The translations under genes and the position numbers were made by a program. A model generated the notes under the pieces. The model did not search any database and was not told where the DNA came from. It worked only from the letters and a program-made list of their open reading frames with translations. Of a stretch of DNA of 64,000 nucleotides, positions 29,729 through 41,804 are shown piece after piece; the first letter of the stretch is position 1, and each line of letters starts with the position of its first letter. Origin of the DNA: Octopus vulgaris (lineage: Eukaryota); assembly GCA_951406725.2 (NCBI GenBank), contig OX597840.1:2604001-2668000 (forward strand), written 5' to 3'.

Positions 29729-29857
29729 TATATAGATATGTATATATATACATATATATACATACATATATATATATCATTCAAAATATGACGCGTGTGT
29801 ACCCTTGGCGATTCTTTTTCCTCCGTCTTCCCTTCTTTGGATCTTTCCTTTTCCTAT

Positions 29858-29892
29858 GTTTCTGACGAAGAGCTCCACTCGAAACGTTAAAC
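29858..29892 (+). ncRNA. Minimal type I hammerhead ribozyme, CUGACGA core
   Basis: gttt-CTGACGA-a-GAG ctcca CTC-GAAA-CG-TT-aaac; downstream TTCCTGAGCG shared with family H. Confidence 0.7.
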
Positions 29893-29992
29893 CCTCCTTT
29901 TTTTCCTTCTTTCCTGAGCGTCCAATAATACTATACTTGTTCCGCGTCCTCGCGTTGTTGCGTTTTCTCTTTGTGTTTTCATGTTTGGATTA

Positions 29993-30109
<117 letters not shown>

Positions 30110-30266
30110 AGAATGTTGGTATGTGAAAGCACGTTGTTGAATATATAGAAAATAGTAAAAAGTGAAAAAACTACAGAAGGCTTGTTTTAAAAGGTTAAAA
30201 AATATATATTTGAGTCAATATGTCTGAAGAATGTTATAAATGTTTTTCATACAATGACATAGTATA

Positions 30267-30307
30267 GAAGAAACGACCGGTTTCGCGTTCAGCTTTTCAA
30301 ATTTCTT
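30267..30307 (-). ncRNA. Minimal hammerhead, U3:A8 variant core
   Basis: aagaaat-TTGAAAA-GC tgaac GC-GAAA-CCGG-TC-gtttctt; GUC cleavage triplet. Confidence 0.7.
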
Positions 30308-30385
30308 ACATCGTTATGTTTACGTTGAGCGGAGATCTAGATAATAAGTGATTTCTTCCGGTGTAAGGGAGATAATCGCTTAAAA

Positions 30386-30565
30386 TTATTTGCCTTTATT
30401 TTGGATTGAGTTTATCTGTATAAGTATGTTGGAATGGTAAAGTTTGGGCTTGTATTTTTCAGTGAAGAATGTTTCCTTGTTTAGTCTAATTTGTGTTGGT
30501 GTTCCGATAGCACATTGGTAGAATGGAAAGATTAGAAATTGTGGTAGTAGTTGCTTTGCGCATTT
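30386..30565 (-). pseudogene. C-terminal fragment of a PLE GIY-YIG endonuclease
   Basis: EKCAKQLLPQFLIFPFYQC...IRLNKETFFTEKYKPKL aligns by eye with DTCANKKTPNFRIFPLYQF...QRISKENLFITKYKPLL of ORF 40740-40970. Confidence 0.8.
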
Positions 30566-30587
30566 CTCAACGTAAACATAACGATGT

Positions 30588-30627
30588 AAGAAATATGAAA
30601 AGCTGAACGCGAAACCGGTCATTTCTT
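30588..30627 (+). ncRNA. Inverted-arm copy of the 30267 hammerhead (position 3 is A)
   Basis: aagaaat-ATGAAAA-GC tgaac GC-GAAA-CCGG-TC-atttctt. Confidence 0.6.
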
Positions 30628-30739
30628 CTATACTATGTCATTGTATGAAAAAATTTTTAACATTCTTCAGACATATTGACTCAAATATATATTTTTTAAC
30701 CTTTTAATACAAGCCTTCTGTAGTTTTTTCACTTTTTAC

Positions 30740-30793
<54 letters not shown>

Positions 30794-30930
30794 GGAGATG
30801 TACTCGCATAGCAAGTAATTTGATCTGAGATCGTGTGCTGAAACGAAAACAATTGCAGCGTGGAAGGTGTTTATAAGCCATTTAAGAAACACACAAAAGC
30901 CGTTCGATTCACTTCAACATTTAAGTTTAA

Positions 30931-30980
30931 TTTGTCAAAATATTTTCGTCGCTAAAATCCGCGACCTGTTCACTGACAAA
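30931..30980 (-). ncRNA. Minimal hammerhead, G3:C8 variant core
   Basis: TTTGTCA-GTGAACA-g-GTCGC ggatttta GCGAC-GAAA-ATAT-TT-TGACAAA; 7-bp stem I, 5-bp stem II, palindrome AATATT. Confidence 0.75.
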
Positions 30981-30982
30981 GT

Positions 30983-31036
<54 letters not shown>

Positions 31037-31560
31037 CATGCGGCCGTATTAAGCATAGAAGACTGACAGTTGTAGGATAGGCAGCTTGGTAAGCATAAGT
31101 CTGCTAGGTGCAATATTTGTAACTCATAATGAAGCCTTAAAAACAAGCCAAAATTTCGAAAGTTTACGCACGAGCATATGAAATGTTGCTTAGGGTACCT
31201 GGCGTGACTGTGTGGTAAGACGCTTGGTTCCCAATCACATGGGTCTGACTCCAATCCCACTGCTTAACACCATGAGTAATTCTCTCTTACTACAGCCTCG
31301 GTCAGGATGGTCTACTGGCCGAACCGCTAAGTTATGTCGACGTAAAAATACCAACATAGGTTGTCAAACGATATAGATATATGTGTGTGTCTGTGTGTTT
31401 GTGTGTGGAAAAGGGTGAAAAGGAACACACGAGTTGATCTACAAGAGTAAACAGAAACAGGCAGAAACAAGGAAAATGCCCCTTGTATTTAAATACTATG
31501 CAAATACAATTTTAAAATTCTTTTCATTTAATTTTTCCTAAATTTAATTGTTTTCCATAC

Positions 31561-31600
31561 TTACAGTTGAAAAAATCTCAATGATCGAAACCGGTACTGA
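31561..31600 (+). ncRNA. U3:A8 hammerhead in a pLTR remnant (~31410-31650) related to the large PLE
   Basis: ttacag-TTGAAAA-aATC tcaat GATc-GAAA-CCGG-TA-ctg; flanks resemble 41650-41804. Confidence 0.7.
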
Positions 31601-31646
31601 GATGTCTTTTATAAAATAATTTTAGCATTTTCTACCTTGACTTTTT

Positions 31647-31754
<108 letters not shown>

Positions 31755-31775
31755 GGAGAGGGTATGTGTGTGTGT

Positions 31776-32080
31776 GTGGAGGCACATGGCCAATTGGTTA
31801 GAGCTGCGGACTCGGACTCGCGGTCGAGGGATCGCAGGTTCGAAACTCAGACCGGGCGGTGTGTGTGTTTATGAGCGAAACACCTAAGCTCCACGCGGCT
31901 CCGGCAGAAGGTAATGGCGAACTTCTGCTGACTCTTTCGCCACAACTTTCTCTCACTCTTTCCTCCTGCATCTTGCAACTCACCTGTGACGGACCGGCGT
32001 ACCGTCCAGGTGTGGAACCTATACGCCAAGGAAACCGGGAAACTGGCCCTTAGAAGCCGGGCCTCACTCGAGAAGGAACA
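31776..32080 (+). mobile_element. SINE family B, tail type 1
   Basis: Co-linear with 1444-1740. Confidence 0.85.
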
Positions 32081-32090
32081 ATCAATATAT

Positions 32091-32126
<36 letters not shown>

Positions 32127-32355
32127 GACGGGCTTCTTTCAGTTTCCCTCAAGCAAATTCATTCACAAGGCTTTAGTCGGACCAAGGCTATAGGCGAAGA
32201 CACTTGCCCAAAATGCCACGCAGTGACATTGAACGCGAAACCAAGTGATTGGGAAGCAAGTTTCTTACCCCACAGCCACTACATATATACAGATTATATA
32301 TATATATATATATATATTGATCAAAATAAAATAAAAACATGATGCGAAGGATTCA

Positions 32356-32433
32356 GCGGTACATATGTTTCGGGCCTTTATTAGACAGATTTATAACAAT
32401 GCATAATGTATGTCTGTGGCCTTCTTCAGCCGC
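32356..32433 (-). ncRNA. Type I hammerhead ribozyme, canonical core, extended stem II
   Basis: gcgg-CTGAAGA-aGGCC acaga ... tctgt ... GGCCc-GAAA-CATATG-TA-ccgc. Confidence 0.7.
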
Positions 32434-32608
32434 GCACAACAGCTTCCGCAAGGACATGTGTTACATCAAAAATTCTTGGTTGGGGATACAAATCCTCTCA
32501 TTCATTATATGTATATAGGGAAAGTTTACGAAAAAAACAAAAGACGATGACAGGTGGTGTACAAAACAAACAGATGTATTAGTATAACGCTCAGGAATAG
32601 AAAAAGTA

Positions 32609-32644
32609 TTTTACGTTTCGCGCCTACGCTCTGCTACAGAAAGG
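32609..32644 (-). ncRNA. Degenerate family H hammerhead-like motif
   Basis: ttt-CTGTAGC-a-GAGC gtag GCGC-GAAA-CG-TA-aaa. Confidence 0.45.
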
Positions 32645-32710
32645 GACACAGAAAAAACAAGGAGAGAAAAAAAGTGTGTAGTGGCTATCGATCTATCATG
32701 GCGACTATTG

Positions 32711-32764
<54 letters not shown>

Positions 32765-33619
32765 TATAGGAGCAGTGAAGGATGCACAGAGATGTGACAT
32801 ATTATTTGTATTGTGGATGAGTTATAGGAACGATCTAAAAAGGAAATGTGAGAAGACAGACCATAATCTTTTCGGTTGCTGTCACAGATTTGGAAATTTT
32901 AATATTAAGTGAAAATTCTTATGTCTAATTTATTGATATATTTTTTGACGCCGAATACGAATTCGGGAAAATTTAGGACAATTTGATTTAGGTTCAAAGT
33001 TTGATTTTTTTTTTTTTTTTCATTTTTTCCAACTAGAAAAAAAGGAATCATAAACTGGGCAGTTCTGTTTCATAGCTGTCTGTTCCCAAAATGACAGACA
33101 GGAAACACGACAGACACAAAATGATAGCCCTCATCAAAACTTGTATTGGTAGTGGTGGTGGTTGTGGTGAAGAAGGTGTCTCTGTCTTGCAAATTACATC
33201 GCCCACGTTACTATGACAACAAGATAAATTACCGCTATTGCTTGGAACTTTGGAAACACATCAATCTCAGATTCATGGTATAATGTGTGTAACGGTGGCT
33301 CTCGAATGGATAAATTATCTGAAATTTGCAAATTTAAAAAGCTATTAACTTTCTATTTACTAATTAATGGCAAAAATGAATTACATTTTCATAATTAGCG
33401 TAGGAAACTTAATTGGTGTAAATCAAATTTGAAAACAATTGGCACAAAACTGCAAAAATATACGAAATCTGTGACAGTAAGCGAAAAGTACCTTAGATGG
33501 TTTTTATTTTTGGGGTGGGTGGGTGGGTTATGTCACTAAAATGTTTCGAAGAACAGATGCAAATATAGTAACGACGGAAAATGTAAGAAGAGGAAGCAGA
33601 GAATTTGTCTTGAGTTGCA

Positions 33620-34205
33620 GGTGTTTAGCCCCATGTGGACAGTAAAGAAATAGGTATTTCGTCTGCCGCTACGTTCTGAGTTCAAATTCCTCCGAGGTCG
33701 ACTGTGCCTTTCATCCTTTCGGGGTCGATAAATTAAGTAACAGTTACGCACTGGGGTCGATATAATCGACTTAATCCCTTTGTCTGTCCTTGTTTGTCCC
33801 TTCTGTGTTTAGCCCCTTGTGGATAATAAAGAAATAGGTGTTTCGTCTGCCGCTACGTTCTGAGTTCAAATTCAGCCGACGTCGACTGTGCCTTTCATCC
33901 TTTCGGGGTCGATAAATTAAGTACCAGTTACGCACTGGGGTCGATATAATCGACTTAATCCCTTTGTCTGTCCTTGTTTGTCTTCTCTATGTTTAGCCCC
34001 TTGTGGGTAATAAAGAAATAGGTGTTTCGTCTGCCGCTACGTTCTGAGTTCAAATTCCGCCGAGGTTGACTTTGCCTTTCATCCTTTTCGGGGTCGATAA
34101 ATTAAGTACCAGTTACGCACTGGGGTCGATGTAATCGACTTAATCCCTTTGTCTGTCCTTGTTTGTCTTCTCTATGTTTAGCCCCTTGTGGGTAATAAAG
34201 AAATA
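33620..34205 (+). mobile_element. SINE family C tandem array, three ~184-bp units
   Basis: Junction AAAGAAATA|GGTRTTTCGTCTGCC at 33653, 33837 and 34021. Confidence 0.85.
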
Positions 34206-34279
34206 ACAAACACCTGCATAAATTCATACATCGTCGACGTTTTCATGACTGTCATACTGGTCTACGATATCGTTGATAT

Positions 34280-35008
34280 TACAGTCATCATCATCATCGT
34301 CATCACCATCATCGTCATGACCATCATCATCATCATCATCAGCATCATCATCATCATCATCATCGTCATCACCATCATCGTCATCATCATCATCGTCATC
34401 GCCATCATCATCATCACCATCATCATCGTCATCGCCATCATCGTCATCGCCATCATCATCATCACCATCATCATCATCGTCATCATCAACATCATCATCA
34501 CCATCTTCATCACCATCATCGTCATCACCATCATCGTCATCAACATCATCATCATCACCATCATCATCATTACCATCACCATCATCATCATCATCACCAT
34601 CATCATCATTACCATCACCATCATCATCATCATCACCATCAACATCATCATCACCATCATCATCATCACCATCATCGTCATCACCATCATCGTCATCACC
34701 ATCATCGTCATCACCATCATCATCATCATCATCATCCCCATCACCATCATCACCATCACCATCATCATCATCATCATCATCATCATCACCACCATCATCG
34801 TCATCACCATCATCGTCATCATCACCATCATCATCATCATCATCATCACCATCATCGTCATCATCATCATCATCATCATCATCACCATCATCGTCATCAC
34901 CACCACCGTCATCACCATCATCATCATCATCATCATCGTCGTCATCATCATCAACATCATCATCACCATCATCGTCATCACCATCATCGTCATCACCACC
35001 ATCGTCAG
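34280..35008. repeat. (CAT/CAC/CGT)n degenerate trinucleotide repeat
   Basis: Direct reading; source of the poly-I/D/M ORFs. Confidence 0.97.
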
Positions 35009-35738
35009 CAGCATAGTAACAAAAGCAGACTGCTACACATCTCTTACGCATTTTCACTTACCTTTTCATCTTAATGACTCAGTCTCTCGACCATGTCTCA
35101 TCCACCCCAACCACTACATTCTCCATCCGACTCTTCCCCCTTCCCCCTACTTTGCCTCCTCTGGCGCCTCCACGTCTTCATCCTCCTCTCCGTCAGCACG
35201 TTTCCTCAACACGATCTTTGAACATATCGGCTGCGCTCTCGTTTGTAATTATGTGTTTTGACTTACTGTAAACTAAATATATAAAACGTAATTAAACAAA
35301 ACGAGTCGCAGGTCTTTTGACCAACGCAATGTTGTAACATTCGACGTTTTTGATGAGTAATTGGAAGCTTTAGTTGGTTAATAATAGGTAAGCTTATATC
35401 ACGTTACTTCAAACTACATCAACAATATGGACTTCAATAATTTCCTTGTTTTACAAACAGATCAACAAATCAATATTATTCATTTGATTTCACGCGAGAA
35501 TTATTTGATCTGAAAGTCAATCAGTATCAAGTTGAGGTATTGGTATTGAACTTGTGCTATCTCTTGACACAGTCCACCTAGAGTGCTATCGTCTGGAAGT
35601 GACTCTGTACAGTATAAGACGGACGGCGCGGATAATTTCTTTCAACAACATTTAGTAATAAAAGACATACGTGCTGTTTATCGCCTCACATCTACTCGGA
35701 TCGAACAGATTGCTATATCTCTATCTACCTATACTAGC

Positions 35739-35844
<106 letters not shown>

Positions 35845-35875
35845 CATGCATATAATATATATATATATATATATA

Positions 35876-35903
35876 CAGGGGTTGGACAAAATAATGGAAA
35901 CAC
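35876..35903 (+). mobile_element. Solo Tc1-like TIR fragment
   Basis: TA|CAGGGGTTGGACAAAATAATGGAAACAC resembles Tc1-type termini; no partner TIR seen. Confidence 0.4.
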
Positions 35904-36103
35904 CTAAAATTATTTCCTCCCTGCCTGAGGTTACCGTGGTCTTTTCCGTAGGCTTTTCTTTCCACGGATAAACCTAATCTTACTTTTTACATTTTAAAAA
36001 CTTTTCTGTGATACAAGATCCCTTTTGATCGAGTTTTCTTTTCCCCGATCCCTTTGATCGGAATTTTACTTTTTTCTCATTTTTCCGCTTTTCTATCATT
36101 TTC

Positions 36104-36142
36104 GTCTTCTGTAGAAGAGCGTAGGCTCGAAACGTAAAAGAC
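36104..36142 (+). ncRNA. Hammerhead-like motif, CUGUAGA core (family H)
   Basis: gtctt-CTGTAGA-a-GAGC gtag GCTC-GAAA-CG-TA-aaagac. Confidence 0.65.
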
Positions 36143-36542
36143 TTTTTCTATTCCTGAGCGTTATACTAATACATCTGTTTGTTTTGTACACCCCCCTGTA
36201 TTCAGCCCTGTGTGGCCAATAAAGAAAGTTATATATATATATATGTCTGTGTGTCTATATTTGTGTATAAATAAATAAATATATATGTATATATAGCGGA
36301 CATCGACCAAAAGTCATCACGGTTGCTCAAGGTAAAATCTAAAATGAATTCCTCGCTCTTTCAGGAACATCAATTTTTTATATTGACTGCATATCACCAC
36401 TATGAACCACTGCATCATACTCTTTAAACATATAGCATGAACTCACTTCACTATATATGAACTTTTGATGTCTGACTCTATTGTATATTATAAATGAATT
36501 TTTTATATTTGATAGCATGAACTATCTTTTTTTATATATAAC

Positions 36543-36590
36543 TTTTTTTGATAAGGTTCATCATTTCAAGAACCGAAACATGTTAAATAA
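36543..36590 (+). ncRNA. Minimal hammerhead, U3:A8 variant core (UUGAUAA)
   Basis: ttt-TTGATAA-GGTTC atcatttcaa GAACC-GAAA-CATG-TT-aaa; palindrome ACATGT; stem I weak. Confidence 0.65.
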
Positions 36591-36690
36591 ATAATGTATA
36601 TATAAAAATTAAAAATTTGTCTAATATAGCAGCATTTTCGAACTTCATTTTTTACAAATATATACCTACTCGTATACGAGCTAATCTTAT

Positions 36691-36740
<50 letters not shown>

Positions 36741-36849
36741 AATATAGTCACACACACATATATATGTATGTATATATATATATGAACATGTAGATATATA
36801 CATACATAAATATGTATACATATATATATATGCATATATCTATATGTAT

Positions 36850-36935
<86 letters not shown>

Positions 36936-36981
36936 AAACAAGTCAAAAATAGAAAATGCTAAAATAATTTTATAGTGAACA

Positions 36982-37025
36982 TTTCAGTACCGGTTTCGGT
37001 CATTTTGAGACCTTTTCAACTGTAA
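36982..37025 (-). ncRNA. U3:A8 hammerhead in the left PLE arm
   Basis: Reverse complement of 41710-41753. Confidence 0.8.
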
Positions 37026-37754
37026 CGATTAAATAATTAAATTTAGAAAAATTAGAAGAAAAGTTTTTTTAAAAGAATATTTCTATAGTAGTGTTCAGAT
37101 TTAAGTGGCATTCTGCCTTTCTCAGACTCCCTTGTTTGCACTTGTGTGTCGGAGGTCGTTGTGAGTTCTTGGAAGGGTAGTAGAGGAAGAAGGCTGGTGG
37201 GGAAAGGGGGATGGGAGAATCTGGGAGTGCCCTGATGGTCGTATTTTGAATGGTCAGTGGCGGCTGGCAGTCTCAGTTCAATTCAGGAGAATATTTATAT
37301 TGACAGGCTTGTTTATAGAATTAGCGTAGGTGTTATACTAAAAAACATTAGTGACAAAGTTAAGGGTGGGGGTGGAGAAGTAGAAGAAGAAGAAGAAGAA
37401 GAAGAAGAAGAAGAAGAAGGAGAAGGAGAAGATGACGATGATGGTGGTGGTGGTGATGATTATGACGACGATGATGATGATAATGATGATGATGAAGAAG
37501 AAGAAGAAGAAGAAGAAGAAGAAGGAGGAGAAGGAGAAGATGGTGGTGATGATGGTGGTGATGATGATGACGACGATGATGATGATAATGATGATGATGA
37601 AGAAGGAGAGGAAGAAGAAGAAGAAGAAAAAAACAGAGAAGGGGGAATATGAATGGGTGTAAGTATAGCTATGAAGGGGCTGATTAGTAATGGATTCTAT
37701 GGAGTGTAATATTTTTGTGTGTATATTTTTCTTTTATTCTAAAGTTGAGGTATA

Positions 37755-38288
37755 TTAATTGTTTGTCGTAGACCCGTTTAGAAGTGGCTTGTATTTTGTA
37801 ATAAAGAGATTTTCTTTACTTATTCATTGTCTCGAGGTTGTATCGTCCCTAAATTGGTAGAGGGGGAAAATTCTGAAGTTTGGTGTTTTTTTGTTGGCGC
37901 AAGTATCTATGTGTTGGCTAAAAGCTATTTTTCTGTTTTGGGGAATTTTTATCTGGGATCTGTGCAGGGCCATTCGTTTACGCAAACCATTTTTTGTTTG
38001 GCCTATGAACTGCTCTTGACACCCGGAGCAGGTTAGTGAGTATATTAGGTTCTCCGAAGCACATGTGAAGTTGCTTTTCACTGTAAACCGTTGTCCCTGC
38101 TTGAAGGAGAACTCTGATCCCTCAATTAGATAGTCGCATATCCCGCAATTGGGTCTTCCACATTTTTTTACTGTCGGCTTCTGTGTTGAGGAGTGAATTC
38201 GGGCTTGTGTAAGGAGACTTTTCATGGATCTAGGCTGTCTTTTGCTTTTTATGATCGTGTGTGTTTGGAGGATTGTGTTCATTCTGTG
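37755..38288 (-). pseudogene. Inverted duplicate of the GIY-YIG endonuclease region
   Basis: ORF 37824-38282: CGRPNCGIC, NLIYSLTCSGCQEQFIGQT; premature TGA near the end. Confidence 0.9.
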
Positions 38289-40970
38289 AACCCTAACTCT
38301 GTAAGCAGCCAGCGATACAATATCAGGAACACCGCCACTTCAAGCAGAGAAAGGATAAATCAACACCCACAGCATAGACACTGCAACCTCATCCCCACCC
38401 AAAGGAGTTACCAACGAAATCTTCGTCCCATTATCCGGTTAAACAACCATGCACAACAAACCCACACCACTTGCAATGATTACCAACAAAGGCCTCCTAG
38501 AACACCACACCCGAATATGGGATATCGGGATGCTCTCCTCAATACTGCTCCAAGAACACACACCATAAATCACAACAGGAGACCCCTAATCAACAAAGAA
38601 CAACTATATACTAGCTACCGTCCCAACCACCGCATTCATTTTTTAGACCCAATACGCAAACACAGAGACACAAGATAGCACCAAACAAGCAGGAGGAACC
38701 AAAAGTAATAAAAATTATTAATCTAACTCACAAGGAACTAAGAGCAAACCAAATAAACATACTTTCCAAAGGACTCAAGTTTACACCCACCCCACAACAC
38801 CCCAACTACAATGAAATGAAAGAAGACATCGCAGAATTCTGCAGAAAATTAAGACTTACTGAGGAGCTATACGATAAATACAACGAGGACGAATCGTTAG
38901 CCAGAAATAGGAGTAACTACACCCCCTCGAAAGGTAAGAATAAAACACTTGATGATTTCTGTGACCACATATCAAATTACCCATATCAACATATGCACAA
39001 ACAAAAACACAAACCAAACTTCAGCAAAAAAGAATGGGCTGAGTTGAACAAATTAAAACAAGATAAAACAATAACAATCAAAGAGGCCGATAAAGGGAGT
39101 GCTGTTGTCTTAATGGATACGACATTTTACATAACTTTGGTACTTTCTATGCTGGAAGACACAACATACTATGAAAAGGCACAAAACTACAGTCAACAAA
39201 AAATAATGAGGGAACTAAAATCCATATTAAACCCATACAAAGCAGGGCTCACCGACAAAGAATATGATTATATGACCAATTTCACAAGTAAAACTAGCCA
39301 ATTCTACGGTATACCTAAGATCCACAAAAGTGAAAAAATAAGCAACGCATGCAAGATAGCTACAGACAAAATAATTAAAGTCCCTAATCCTAATGACCTC
39401 AAATTGAGACCCATAATAGCAGGTCCCGCATGCGAAACCCACCGCCTCAGTAACTTTTTAGACACCCTGTTAAAACCACTCCTCAAACATGTCAAAAGCT
39501 ATATAAGGGACGACTTAGATATGCTCAATCACCTACCGAATACTATAAACAAAAACACCATACTGGTATCCTTCGATGTAGTCAACCTCTACTCCAATAT
39601 TCCCCACAACCTAGGACTAGAGGCAATCCAATTCTGGCTAGAGAATCACGCCAACGAACTACCACACCGCATCAAAAAAGAATTTGTGATAGAAGGGGTC
39701 AAATTCATCCTGGAAAATAACTTCTTCGCCTTCAATGACAACTTCTACCGACAAAAATCGGGGACTGCAATGGGTACACGAATGGCCCCCTCCTTTGCCA
39801 ACCTAATCATATGATACCTAAAGATCAGTCTGTATCGTAAGGTTCTAGAAAGATATGGCAGCCCTTTCTCCATCTACATAGAAAACAACTGGAAGAGATA
39901 TCTAGATGACTGTTTCATCCTTTGGCATAAAAATATAGAAAAACTCATAGAATTCCAGAAAATTTTAAACGGACTGGACGTAAACATCCAATTCACGATG
40001 GAATATAGCCAACAACAACTCCCCTTCCTCGATATCCTCATTAAGAAAGCTAATAATATAATAGAAACAGACATATACTATAAGCCTACAGACTCTAAGC
40101 AATATCTTCCATTCAATTTATGCCACCCCAGACACACCAGGATGAATATCCCCTTCAATCTAGCAAAAAGGATATGCACTATAGTCTCTAACGCAAACAC
40201 CAGAGACACACGACTACAAGAACTAAAAGATACCCTAATCACCAGGAACTATCCACCTTCACTTATTGGCAAGTGCATTCAACGTGTCCTTCAACTTAAC
40301 ATCAAGGAACTGAGACATCCCAAATCAAAGAAAAACTTACAACCAAAAGCCTTACCATACATTTCCACACACAACCCTCTCAATAACGAAGCCTTCGACA
40401 CCATCCTCCACAACATACCCCTCCTAAAAAAAGACCACAGAATGAACACAATCCTCCAAACACACACGATCATAAAAAGCAAAAGACAGCCTAGATCCAT
40501 GAAAAGTCTCCTTACACAAGCCCGAATTCACTCCTCAACACAGAAGCCGACAGTAAAAAAATGTGGAAGACCCAATTGCGGGATATGCGACTATCTAATT
40601 GAGGGATCAGAGTTCTCCTTCAAGCAGGGACAACGGTTTACAGTGAAAAGCAACTTCACATGTGCTTCGGAGAACCTAATATACTCACTAACATGCTCCG
40701 GGTGTCAAGAGCAGTACATAGGCCAAACGAAAAAATGGTTTGCGTAAACGAATGGCCCTGCACAGATCCCAGATAAAAATTCCCCAAAACAGAAAAATAG
40801 CTTTTAGCCAACACATAGATACTTGCGCCAACAAAAAAACACCAAACTTCAGAATTTTCCCCCTCTACCAATTTAGGGACGATACAACCTCGAGACAACG
40901 AATAAGTAAAGAAAATCTCTTTATTACAAAATACAAGCCACTTCTAAACGGGTCAACGACAAACAATTAA
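38289..40970 (+). pseudogene. PLE polyprotein: reverse transcriptase plus GIY-YIG endonuclease (disrupted)
   Basis: Motifs KIINLT..LSKGLKFTPTP, ADKG, FYGIPKIHK, RPIIAG, SFDVVNLY, GTAMGT, RYLDD (in frame after TGA 39812-39814), DIYYKPTD, CxxxxCxxC and LIY..CxxC..YIGQT; +1 frameshift at ~40730; probable frameshift before ~38680. Confidence 0.95.
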
Positions 40971-41804
40971 TATACCTCAACTTTAGAATAAAAGAAAAAT
41001 ATATATACACACACAAATATTACACTCCATAGAATCCATTACTAATCAGCCCCTTCATAGCTATACTTACACCCATTCATATTCCCCCTTCTCTGTTTTT
41101 TTCTTCTTCTTCTTCTTCCTCTTCTTCTTCATCATCATCATTATCATCATCATCGTCGTCATCATCATCACCACCATCATCACCACCATCTTCTCCTTCT
41201 CCTCCTTCTTCTTCTTCTTCTTCTTCTTCTTCTTCTTCATCATCATCATTATCATCATCATCGTCGTCATAATCATCACCACCACCACCATCATCGTCAT
41301 CTTCTCCTTCTCCTTCTTCTTCTTCTTCTTCTTCTTCTTCTTCTTCTTCTTCTACTTCTCCACCCCCACCCCTTAACTTTGTCACTAATGTTTTTTAGTA
41401 TAACACCTACGCTAATTCTATAAACAAGCCTGTCAATATAAATATTCTCCTGAATTGAACTGAGACTGCCAGCCGCCACTGACCATTCAAAATACGACCA
41501 TCAGGGCACTCCCAGATTCTCCCATCCCCTTTCCCCACCAGCCTTCTTCCTCTACTACCCTTCCAAGAACTCACAACGACCTCCGACACACAAGTGCAAA
41601 CAAGGGAGTCAGAGAAAGGCAGAATGCCACTTAAATCTGAACACTACTATAGAAATATTCTTTTAAAAAAACTTTTCTTCTAATTTTTCTAAATTTAATT
41701 ATTTAATCGTTACAGTTGAAAAGGTCTCAAAATGACCGAAACCGGTACTGAAATGTTCACTATAAAATTATTTTAGCATTTTCTATTTTTGACTTGTTTT
41801 TTCA
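40436..41804 (+). repeat. Right arm of inverted repeat (EN region plus pLTR with TTC/TCA microsatellite)
   Basis: Matches the left arm. Confidence 0.97.
41710..41753 (+). ncRNA. Minimal hammerhead, U3:A8 variant, in the PLE pLTR
   Basis: ttacag-TTGAAAA-GGTC tcaaaat GACC-GAAA-CCGG-TA-ctgaaa; palindrome ACCGGT. Confidence 0.8.

Larger units (their letters stand above)
30149..30745 (-). mobile_element. 5'-truncated PLE with inverted pLTR (arms 30149-30329 and 30566-30745)
   Basis: ~180-bp inverted arms, each with an HHR, around a GIY-YIG C-terminal coding fragment. Confidence 0.85.
36931..38288 (-). repeat. Left arm of ~1.36-kb inverted repeat
   Basis: Near-identical reverse complement of 40436-41804; mirrored ORFs appear in the track. 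Confidence 0.97.
36931..41804 (+). mobile_element. Penelope-like retroelement (EN+, tentatively Naiad/Neptune type) with inverted 5' copy of its 3' end
   Basis: RT plus GIY-YIG coding region; 36931-38288 is the reverse complement of 40436-41804; HHR in both arms; TA runs on both flanks. Confidence 0.95.

Noticed and set aside
34188-35261. Long ORFs of 357, 277 and 250 aa (poly-I, poly-D, poly-M)
   Set aside because: Translations of a CAT trinucleotide repeat, open in several frames on both strands
36931-41804. DNA transposon with 1.36-kb TIRs, or LTR retrotransposon
   Set aside because: The arms contain the element's own endonuclease coding region; the protein is a PLE RT plus GIY-YIG with no transposase, integrase or RNase H
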